Assembly: GCF_030144855.1 (NCBI RefSeq)
Contig: NW_026779273.1
Span: 62,001 to 126,000, forward strand
Reading direction: 5' to 3'
Source: Hypanus sabinus
Taxonomy: Eukaryota
DNA: 64,000 nt
The notes below the pieces were generated by a model. The model was not told where the DNA came from, made no database searches, and saw nothing but the letters and a program-made list of their open reading frames with translations. This document shows, piece after piece, positions 24,007-34,105 of the stretch. The position numbers and the translations under genes were made by a program. How positions within the stretch are numbered: position 1 is the first letter of the stretch; each line of letters begins with the position of its first letter.

Positions 24007-24869
24007 ATGGTGCGGGGGTCACTTTGCCTCTCGCTGATTCTGGTGGTGATTCCACGTAAGTTAGAATCACAGGTCTGGGGTTACGGGGGCACGGAATGCC
24101 CTCTGTAGTGCAGTATCGGTTAGATTTCCTCGTCCGATCACTGATAACTCGTTAACGCGCTTTTCGGTGATGCGCTGCCGGATAGAGCATTTAAATGGCG
24201 TCTGCTTCAGCTTGAAAGGGGATACCAAGCGATTTTTCCAAGGCTGTGTGGGGCTCTGAGCCGAAATGAACGCGGACCAAACGCGACTATGCGAATATCC
24301 TGCAGGGTATTCAACGGCAGTTCTTCACTCCGTTTCAATGGCTCTCGTTGTGTCTGAATCAGAGTAAGTCGGAGTCGGAGCTGTCTCGCCTGTTGCGTGT
24401 CTATTCAGCCCGTCGATTCTCACCGCCAGTGGAATCTGGTCGTGCCGCGAGGATGGCCAATCGTGTCAATGGAAAAGTGAGCAGGGTCTTCGAGATCGCC
24501 AGAAATGTCCTTCAGTCCAGCTCAGCACTTGATGTTCAATCGAAAAAAAGATTGGAGTCGAATCGTTTCTTTTTTTCTATCTTCTAGGGATTCTCTCCGC
24601 GTATGTGGAGCAATCGCCGTCCTCCCTGTCAATCGGTGTGGGACAGCCGTTCAGCATCGAAAGCACTGTGCTGAATACGGGCTATTGGTACAGGCAGCGA
24701 TCGGACCGGATAATAGATGCTCTCTTCTATTCTGCTGGACAAGGTTCGGTTAGGAACTACACATCCGATTCCTTCACGGCGACAAGACCCAGCAGCACTC
24801 TGTTTAAACTGGAACTGGGACGGGCATCGGCCTCCCACTCCGCCGTCTACTACTGCGCTTGTAATAGCG
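24007..24869 (+). pseudogene. TRBV: TRBV V8 (family A): open frame with Cys23->Ser and a 12-bp CDR1 deletion
   Basis: Leader 24007-24055; V exon 24588-24869 ...IESTVLNTGYWYRQ...YYCACNS; close paralogue of V4. Confidence 0.88.
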
Positions 24870-24908
24870 CACAGAACGACAGACAACGAGTCTCCCGCTG
24901 TAAAAACC
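24870..24908 (+). other. 23-RSS of V8
   Basis: CACAGAA-23-GTAAAAACC. Confidence 0.88.
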
Positions 24909-24947
24909 TTCGAGCCTGCAGCAGGGAGGTTCAGGGACGATGTCGTA

Positions 24948-24961
24948 ACAGTAGGTGGCAG
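24948..24961 (+). promoter_or_regulatory. CTCF motif 3' of V8 RSS
   Basis: ACAGTAGGTGGCAG, 39 bp after the nonamer. Confidence 0.55.
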
Positions 24962-26290
24962 CACAAGACCGTGTTCGGCTGCTCCTTTCTGTCACGAACG
25001 GTCTGCACTCGGCTGCATTTCCGCGCGTGCACCTGCTACCTCATATATCACATCGACAAGCAAAGGGGCTTTGATGAATAACGGCCTGTTGTACCATCTG
25101 CTCTGCAATTGACGGCCGGAAACCCGAGAGGACCCTGCACACAGCTCAGCACAACGTTCAACCGTCCCCTCTGTCCGTAGACCTCGTTACCTCAGTAATG
25201 AACCCGATGATAATAAAAGCTCCAGTCACCAATCCAGCAGCTTCTCAGCCTTCGTTACCCTATTCTTATGCTCGAGGACGGGACAATAATGTGGTTTCTC
25301 GACATCACAATCTACCTATCTGTAGTCCTGTTCACCCTCACTGCGGTATTCTCTGTCGAATGTAATCATATTTGATGAACATTATTCTACACCAGTGCAC
25401 TGTGACCTGTGTGCAAGACCAGATTTTCACTGTAACTTCATAGATGCAGCAAGTGTAAACGGATTTATTAAATTACCTTTCTCTGTATCGATGCAAAATG
25501 TAATGAATTGTTTTCTGCGAACAAGCTTTACACGGCATAACTGTATAGGGCCAGAGATTATAATTCTGAATCCCATTCACCTTCTGACGTGTCGCTTCTT
25601 GGTGACTCCTGGCGTCAAGAAGCTACAGTCAAGGTAGAGGAGCAACTTCTTCTATTCCATCTGAGTTACCTCCAACTTGATGGTGTATAACACTGTTACT
25701 TTTTCCTTTTGGTCGCATGATTATTGCTTCTCTCTTGAAACTCTCCTCCTTCCCCTTCCCCTGTTTTCCGTCTCCTCTCCTATCACATTCTTCCAACTCC
25801 AGCCCCTGACCCCTTCCCTTTTACCCATCCCGCAACAAATATTTCGGAAATTTTCCTGTACCCTCCACCCCGCTCCACTTTTCACTCCCAGTCCTGATGA
25901 AGGGTCTTGGCCGGAATGGTCCAATTTTACACTTTTCCACGCGCCATCAAGAGCGGGAGGGCGCGGGTCTTCGGCCACAGAAAATCTTTCCACCTATTGA
26001 CCAAAAAGTGCAGAACCGGCTTCTAGCCACGTGAGGGCAACAATGCGCTGCGTATGCTGGTGATCCTCTGCTATTGCAGCCCATCCGCTTCAAGGTTCAA
26101 CATATTGTGCATTCAGAGATGATCTTCTGCACACCACTGTTGTAACACGTGGTCACTTGAATTACTGTCGCCTTCCTCTCAGCTTGTCAGAGTCTGGCCT
26201 TTCTCCTCTGACCTCGGCCGTTAACAGAGCGTTTTCAGCCACACAATTAGCACAACGGTTTTTCGCACCGTTCTCTGTAACCACGAGAGA

Positions 26291-29205
26291 AATACAAGAG
26301 TACATCAAAGTCAGTAACACTTACGACATCTCAAAATAGCAAAAAAAAAAGACAATATTAAGGATTGAAACATATGGTGACACAAAAGAAGAGAAGAATA
26401 GAGAAAAAAAGCTACTGAAGCAAGAAAAAGGTGAGGGAAAAAAAAGACCCATTAGATGTTCAACCCCGGAGCAATGCATCATACGACAAGCTTCTGAAGA
26501 TAAATATCAAGCCGCCAGCAATACCTATAAACTTGGAGAAAATCTATCAATTGTCTCAAATGGTAATAACAAGCAAATGAACGACATCTTTTCTCAAAAT
26601 CAATCATAGGTTCGAAGGTTCGACGTCTAATTTTCTCCAAACTAACACTTGCGTGAACCGTTGTGACAGAGTGGGAGCCGACGTGTCCTTCCACTTCAAC
26701 ATGACGGCACTCCCAGCTATCAATGTGACAAACGCAACAACATGTTGCTCAGGCAAGGACATACCGCGGATATTTTGAGGTATTATTCCAAAGAGCACAG
26801 TTAATTTGTTAGGTTGTAAATTAAATTAATTTTAAGTGCTTTAGAAATTGTGGGGAAACAAATTGACTTCCAAAATCGTTCCAATATAGAACAGGACCAA
26901 AACTTATGTGTCACTGTAGCTGCCTTAGTTTCACACTCATCACAATAACTATCAACATTGGAAAAGATTGCAGACTATCTCTCCTTCCGCAAGTAATAAC
27001 GATGTACAATTTTGAACTGAATCAATGAATGGCTAGCACAAATCGAAGAAGAGTTAACCAATTTCAAAATCCGCATCTCGTCCGACGCTATAAAAGTCAA
27101 ATTAACTTCCTTTTCCCAATCGTATTCAACCTTAAAGAAAGGGCCCATAAGCCATTGTAGTAATAAATTATAGATTCTTCCAATGGAATCCTTCATCAAA
27201 GGGGTCATACTCATAACAGAATTGAACAGGTCGGCCTCTAATATGCAAGGAAAATGACTTAAATATTTTTGTAAGGAATGTCTAACTTGAAGGTATTGTA
27301 AGAAGTATGAATATGAAAGAGAGTATTTGTCAATTAATTGCTCAAGAGACATCAGACTATCTTCTTTATATAGATCCAAAAATGAATTAATACCTTTATT
27401 TTTCCAAAATAAAAAAAATGGATCACTCAAAGAAGGCTTAAAAATAGTTCCGATAAATTAAGCAGCAAAGTTTAATTTTTTTAAGATTAAAACAATTACC
27501 GAACTGGAACCAAATTTGTAAAGGATACTTAATCACACGGTATAATTTTAAATTAGCATCTTTAGCTAATTGTGTAGGTACAGCAGTTCCCAATAACGCG
27601 GTTAAATAAAACTGTTTCACAGCTTTCAATTCCAAATCTACCCAAATTGGCTGCTTGTTCTTATCAACCCAGTGTAACCAAAAGGACATATATCGCACAT
27701 TAACAGCACAGTAATACATTCTAGAATTAGTCAAAGAAAGACCTCCATCCTTTTTCAATTTTTGTAAGTGACATTCACTAATTCTCAGTCTTTTATCATT
27801 CCAAATAAAAGATGAGATAACTGAATAAATTCGATTACAACACCTCTTAGACTTCATAGAATATACCAAACGAAACAAAATTAGCTTTATAAAGATCCTT
27901 ATATTTTAGTGATTATAACGCCTGGATATCTAAAGGAATTCATAAATATGAAAGGAGTATTATCAGATATAAAACAGATTCATTTAAAGGAAACAGTTCA
28001 CCTTTATTAAAATTAATTTTATATCCTCAAAAATCACCAAATTCATTGAATAATTTTAGCAAGACCGGAATAGATTCCTCGGGATTAGATATGCAAGCCA
28101 ATAAATCTTCTGCATAAAGAGAAATCTTATGAATGGTCTCATTCACAAGAATCCCGTGAGTATCATTCGCTTCACGAAGGGCAATAGCAAGGGGTTCTAA
28201 TATTAAATTAAATAGCAAAGGACATAATCGGCAACCCTGTCTTATTCCCCGTGAAAGCTGTACAAAGGGGATCTACAATTATTCGTAACAACAGTAGCAA
28301 ATAGTTATATATAATTGTAACCCAATTATTAAAATTAACACCAAAGCCAAATTTCTCTAAAACATTAAATAAGTATATCTATTCGAATCAATCAAACGCC
28401 TTTTCAGCATCTAAAGAGACGACGCATTGTGGAGTTTAGTTTTACATTGAGAGGTAGAGTGAAATTGCAAATCATTCCACGATCCAAAAAATCTGTCTTG
28501 ATCTCCTGCCCAGATATGCGTCTCTTGGGCAATAATGATTTCCGGCCGGAATCGATTAAATATTTTAAAACTCTTTTTTCGTTTGATAGGATGATTCCAA
28601 GCAGGTACATTCCAACGTATTTTCAATCTCTTTAAATGCCATACGATAATTTGATTCTTCTTTACACATGCGCCGAGCACATGCCAATACGGGATGATCA
28701 AAAATGGCGGAGATGAAGAATGCCACCAAGTAAGAAACACGCATGCTCCGGAACCACCCAATCGGTTAAACCCCCTAACTCTAACCAAACCCCCTCCCAC
28801 CTCAGCTCAGAAAAATGCAAGCTCTTTATGATAGAAAACGAAGCCTCGTCTGCTCTCAGTCAAAGAAAATTTTAAAAGGTTAACAGTTATTAAGATCTAA
28901 AACACATTTACCTTCAGAAACCAGGCATATTATTTAATAACAAATCAAAGCAGCAGAATTTGAAAAAAACTTAAAAAAGCAAGAAGAAAGATTAATATTT
29001 AATCCAACTATCTTTTCAAAACTACCAACTAATAATATTTTACGAATAATTGATACCTCCGCTAAGTATATCTAAAAAAGAAAATAACCCCATTAGTGGG
29101 AAAAACTACCAGTTAGTTAATTATGAAAGAAACAAAAAAACATCAAACCAGATATTAGATTAAAGGAGTAAGTCACCTTACCTTCTATTTCTCAGTCGAA
29201 TGCCC
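26291..29205 (-). mobile_element. L1-clade LINE: inter-ORF spacer, degenerate ORF2 and 3' UTR
   Basis: Endonuclease start WNVPAWNHPIKRKK...AQETH; RT motif ...SLYAEDLL (YADD variant); ORF2 C-terminus LFGIIP...LKWKD; AT-rich. Confidence 0.88.
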
Positions 29206-29335
29206 GAAACGCTTTGCCTCTTATCTGTTTACAAGAATCCCATTGGCCCTCTGTCGACGGCGGCACTTCCTGTACGTTTTACCAAGAACGACATTACAGT
29301 TCAGTAGCGGTCATCTCGTTATGTCAACTTCTGAG

Positions 29336-29897
29336 CGATAATACAAGCGCAATAGTAGACGCCGTCGTGGGAAGCTGATGGCCGCCTCGGTTCCAGTTTA
29401 AACAAAGTGCTGCTGGGTCTTGTCGCAGTGAAGGAATCGGCTGTGTAGTTCAATGACAGAGCTTACCCAGCAGAATAAAGGAGAGCATCGCATGTTCGAT
29501 CGGATCTCTGTCTGTACCAGAACATAGCTGGATATCTCGTATTTAGCAGCGTACACGGGACGCTGGCCGACTCTCCTTCTCCGATTGATAGGGAGGAAAG
29601 TGACTGCTGCACGTACCCGGCCAGAATCCCTGTGAGGCAGGAATTCAATTAAACTCTAATTTCTCTCAGTCATCAACCAGATATTGTTCATAATGTACAA
29701 ACGGAAGAAACTCGCGTACCTAAAATCCACCTCCACCCTTCAAATTTCAATCCTCTACCAAGCGAAACGAAGCTTAATGCCGCACTGCATAAGGCGAACA
29801 AGAACACCACACGGCTTTCCGCGGATCTGGGATGGTTTGAGTTGCTTAGGTTCAACGGCAGAATCAGGAGGATGAAATGCGTCCCACTTGCCATCAT
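29336..29897 (-). pseudogene. TRBV: TRBV V9 pseudogene (family A, inverted, embedded in L1)
   Basis: Leader 29897-29846 with donor mutated to GCAAC; V exon 29629-29336 with TAA at 29465-29463; ends YYCACII; heptamer CTCAGAA; nonamer replaced. Confidence 0.92.
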
Positions 29898-29964
29898 CAA
29901 CCCGAAGTGGAGACCGGCTCACTTTGGCATCGAGTGCAGCGCAATGAACCACGAACCTTCTTTC

Positions 29965-30546
29965 CAAAACAAACCGGTGATTTATAATAACAATAAACAA
30001 TTCCCCTGATCTGCATAAATCAGCCTTCATAACCCTCCTTCCGGAAACGATAATGCAGATAGCCAAACAACCTTCCAGACAGTTCAATCGGCAGGTATGG
30101 TTTGAATAAACGCCAGTGCCACTGTTGCGATCAAAGAAAATACCAGGAGGAGAATTAGGAGGAAAAACACTTTCATTCCTGCTGGGTGACGCAGGGAAGG
30201 GAACAACTTTTTTCATCTGCCTGTTTCATTTCCCAGAGCAAATTTTCGTCTGTGCTCCGTTACCTCCTTCGGATAATCTTCGCAGAAACGGAACTCAAAT
30301 TTCTCAAATCTGAAAACTCTCTGCTTCTTGCCTGTCGCACTATATCATCCTTAATCTTAAAATGATGAAAACAGACCAAAATAGCACGTGGTTTATCTTG
30401 TTGTCTCGAAGATATCAATCTATGTGCTCTTTCTATAGTAGACGGCTGCGATAGTACAGTAGGAAATAAGGTATAAAAAAAGCTTACCAAATTAAACAGC
30501 TAAGTCTCCAATTTCAATTCCATCCTACAGCCCAACTATTCGTATA
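29965..30546 (-). mobile_element. L1 ORF1 C-terminal part and start of the spacer
   Basis: IRIVGL...IERAHR...KPRAILVCFHHF...PSLRHPA...AFIQTIPAD* (ORF1p-like). Confidence 0.8.
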
Positions 30547-31340
30547 GTCAGTTGGGGTCGGTGTGGACATGGTGGAGGATTACAAATACCTGGGGATACG
30601 AATTGATAATAAACTAGACTGGTCAAAGAACAAATAGGCTGTCTACAAGAAGGGTCAGAGCCGTCTCTACTTCCTGAGGAGACTGAGGTCCTTTAACATC
30701 TGCCGGACGATGCTGAGGATGTTCTACGAGGCTGTGCTGGCCAGTGCTATCATGTTTGCTGTTGTGTGCTGGGGCAGCGGGCTGAGGGTAGCAGACACCA
30801 ACAGAATCAACAAACTCATTCGTAAGGCCAGTGATGCTGTAGGGGTGGAACTGGACTCTCTGTCGGTGGTGACTGAAAAGACGATGCTGTCCAAGTTGCA
30901 TGCCATCTTGGGCAATGTCTCCCATCCACTCCGTAATGTACTGGTTAGGCACAGGAGTACATTCAGCCAGAGACTCATTGCACCGAGATGTAACACTGAG
31001 CGTCATAGGAAGTCATTCCTGCCTGTGACCATCAAACTTTACAACTCCTCCCTCGGAGTGTCAGAGACCCTGAGCCAATAGGCTGGTCCTGGACTNNNNN
31101 NNNNNNNNNNNNNNNNNNNNNNNNNNNNNNNNNNNNNNNNNNNNNNNNNNNNNNNNNNNNNNNNNNNNNNNNNNNNNNNNNNNNNNNNNNNNNNNNNNNN
31201 NNNNNNNNNNNNNNNNNNNNNNNNNNNNNNNNNNNNNNTTATTGTTTTATATTGCTATATTTCTGCACTATTCTTGGTTGGTGCGGCTGTATCGAAACCC
31301 AATTTCCCTCGGGATCAACAAAGTATGTCTGTCTGTCTGC
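30547..31340 (+). mobile_element. 5'-truncated Rex1/Babar LINE nested in L1 ORF1
   Basis: RT C-terminus MLRMFYEAVLASAIMFAVVCWG...RKSFLPVTIKLYN; (TCTG)n tail; apparent 3-bp TSD ATA at 30544-30546 and 31341-31343. Confidence 0.85.
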
Positions 31341-31770
31341 ATATTCCTTCGGCGAGACCCAGCTTCCAGGTGTGCAATCTTATTTCGATATCTTTCCAAA
31401 ACGGTTGTAGTTTCAATCAATTTTTGCTTAGTCGCTTTCAGTGTAATAACTTGAGTTTCCAGCTCTTTATGTTTTCCCAGAAATTGCATCAATTCATTAC
31501 TGTTCTTCTCCAGTTGGTCTTTAATTGAATTCAGTGTTGGAACAATATCTTCAGCCCACAACGGCATTTGATCAGATCTTTCCTTCTGCATCTTTCCCTC
31601 TCCGTTGCCTTTATCACTAGATTCAGACAGGTTCTTCCCACTCCTCAAAGACATATCGTTCCCCTTCAAGAATCAGCAACTAAAAGTTTTAAATTCAAAG
31701 TCTAAACTGGGGGAGTGGGGGAAGGAAAAAAAAAGCTCAGGGCAGCGCAGAAACTGCTGTTAACTCATTC
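31341..31770 (-). mobile_element. L1 5' UTR and ORF1 N-terminal coiled-coil part
   Basis: MSLRSGK...KIAHLEAGSRRRN joins IRIVGL across the Rex insertion. Confidence 0.8.
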
Positions 31771-31809
31771 ACAGACAGACGCAGTCTCTTGTGCTTTTTT
31801 TTACAAGCG

Positions 31810-33030
31810 GCGAGGTGTTGATGGACCATGTCAGCTGTTTCGACAATATAACTCCAAGGAACTTTAGATTCTCCACATTAGGGTCTGCAGATATGTAATC
31901 AGCCAATCATGTGTCAGGAATTTGACAAGGTTCCCCATGAAAGGCTAATTGAGACATTAAGGAGGTATGGGATCCAGGGGGGCACTGCTTTCTGGATCAA
32001 GAATTGGCTTGCCCACAGAAGGCAAAGAGTGGTTGTAGCCAGGCCATATTGTGTACGGTGGTCGGTGACCAGTGGAGCGGCTCCAAGATCTGTTCTGAGA
32101 CCAATACCCTTCGTGATTCTTTTAACAAATTACCTATTTGATCAAGTGGAGTGATGGGTTAGTAAATTTGCTGATGACACAAAGCTTGGGGGTGTTGCGT
32201 GTCGTGTGGAGGGCTGTCAGAGTTGCAATGGGACATCGATAGGATGCAAAACTGGGCTGAGAAGTGGTAGATGGAATTCATCCCAAATAAGTGTGAGCTG
32301 GTTCGTTTTGGTAAGTCAAATATGATGGCAGAACAAAGTATTAATATTAAAACTCTTGGCAGTGTGGAGGATCAGAGGGATCTTGGGGTGCCAGTCCACA
32401 GGAAGCTCAAAGCACAGGTTGACTCTGTGGTTAAGAAAGCGTCCGGTCTGTTGGCCTTCATCAATCGTGGGATTGAGTTTCGGAGCCGAGAGGTAATGTT
32501 GCAGCTCTATAGGACCCTGGTCAGACCCCACTTGGAGTACTGGGTCACCTCACTGTAGGAAAGATGTGGAAACCATATAAAGGGTGAGGAGGAGATCGAC
32601 AAGGATGTTGCCTGGATTGGGGAGCATGTCTTATGAGAATAGGCTGAGCGGACTCGGCCCTTACTCCTTGGAGCGACGGAGGATGAGAGGTGACCTGATA
32701 GAGGTGTACAAGATGATGAGATAGTTTTTTTCTACTAGGGTTGAAATGACTAGCACGAGAGGGAACAGTTTTAAGGTGTTTGTAAGTAGGTCCAGAGAAG
32801 ATGACGGGTTAGTTGTTTTTACGCAGAGAGTGGTGAGTGCGTGGAATTAGCTGGCGGTGACGGTGGTGGAGACGGTAGGGTCTTTTATGAGGGTCCTGGA
32901 CAGGGACATGGAGCTCAGAAAAACAGAGGGCGATGTGTAACCCTAAGTCATTTCTAACGTAGGGACATGTTCGGCCCAGGTTTGTGGGCCGAAGGGCCTG
33001 TATTGTTATGTTGGTTTTCTATGTTTCTAT
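31810..33030 (+). mobile_element. CR1 LINE 3' fragment
   Basis: FDKVPH, KFADDTKLGG, LYRTLVRPHLEY; tail TTCTATGTTTCTA. Confidence 0.9.
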
Positions 33031-33589
33031 CTAACTCAAGGCATAAAGGTTTGCAGGCATGGTCAGGAGGTTCGGGTATTGGTGGGGAGGGGGGAAGGAA
33101 GAGTAAAATAAACGTTAGCTTTTATTGACTTGTCTGTTCTTGCAGACGCGAAATCCATCTCATATCGGGACTTTCTGTTTCGGTGCTTCAATGAACCCTT
33201 CCCAACACTATTGATCGTAAGTGAGTTGTTAACGGATTCCCCGCCTCTTTACTCCTTCCAGTCCTTTTTACTGACAAGTTTCTGCCCTTCCCTCGCCGAT
33301 GGGTGGGTTGTCATTACATGAGCGCATTCTCATTTCCCTCCTATTTTCCTCGACGTCTTTCTCCCTCCTGTTGCCCGCACCGCGTTCCTGTCGCTTTCTC
33401 CTCTCTGTTACCGTCCATCTACCGATCTGCATGTTAGTATCTCTTTGGAACCACGCCCGTCTCTCTGTCCGCCTGTAGTTCCACATGACTTGTTACAAAG
33501 ACGGTCTCTGCACTGCGTTCCAGTCAGCAAACAGCTTGTTCGGAGTCGGACATTTCCACTTCTATCTCTCTATCCACCACGCGACTCTC

Positions 33590-33755
33590 CCTCTCTCTCC
33601 CTCCCTCTCAGCCCCACTCTCTTTCCCTCCCTGTCTCTGCTCTCAGCTTCTCTCTCACCCTCTGTCTCTGTCTGTCTCTCTTTCTCTCACTCTCTATCGC
33701 TCTCTCTAACTCGCTCTTTGTCTCTCTGTCTGTCAGCCTGTCTGTCTCTCTCTGT
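33590..33755. repeat. CT-rich simple repeat
   Basis: Read directly from the sequence. Confidence 0.85.
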
Positions 33756-34066
33756 CACCCTCCCTCCCTCTCTCCGGAATGCTCTAGCTGCAATAGTGTC
33801 GCTTTAAACACTAGCTACTATGCAGCAACACCACAGAAGCGAGTGACATTGGTGGAGAACACGCGCCCAGATGCAATTAAGTGACTTTCCGTTGCGTGTT
33901 TCAACTCAGCAGTCTGAACTCCACAGTTCTGAATAGCATCCCAACCTGACATCACTGATTTGATTGGTTAGTCGTTAAGGTACGTGGTGACGCCAGACGT
34001 CGGCTGTCAACGAGCCACGCATTTCCCCTTCAGGTGACGACAAGCAACCCCCGCACCCAGCTGTGA

Positions 34067-34105
34067 GGTTTTTGTTAAGCTCCCCGGTCTCTCTGAGCCG
34101 CTGTG
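34067..34105 (-). other. 23-RSS of V10
   Basis: CACAGCG-23-ACAAAAACC on the minus strand. Confidence 0.95.

Larger units (their letters stand above)
18270..26290 (+). repeat. Segmental duplicate (V6-V7-V8 unit) of about 3860-13150 (V2-V3-V4 unit)
   Basis: Same order of family B, B and A genes, matching intergenic DNA and CTCF sites, and a shared terminal Tc1-like element. Confidence 0.8.

Noticed and set aside
29175-29190. Strong donor AAG|GTAAGG after the displaced V9 promoter, suggesting a promoter-L1 chimeric transcript
   Set aside because: No leader homology or ATG; probably L1 spacer sequence and unsupported without RNA data
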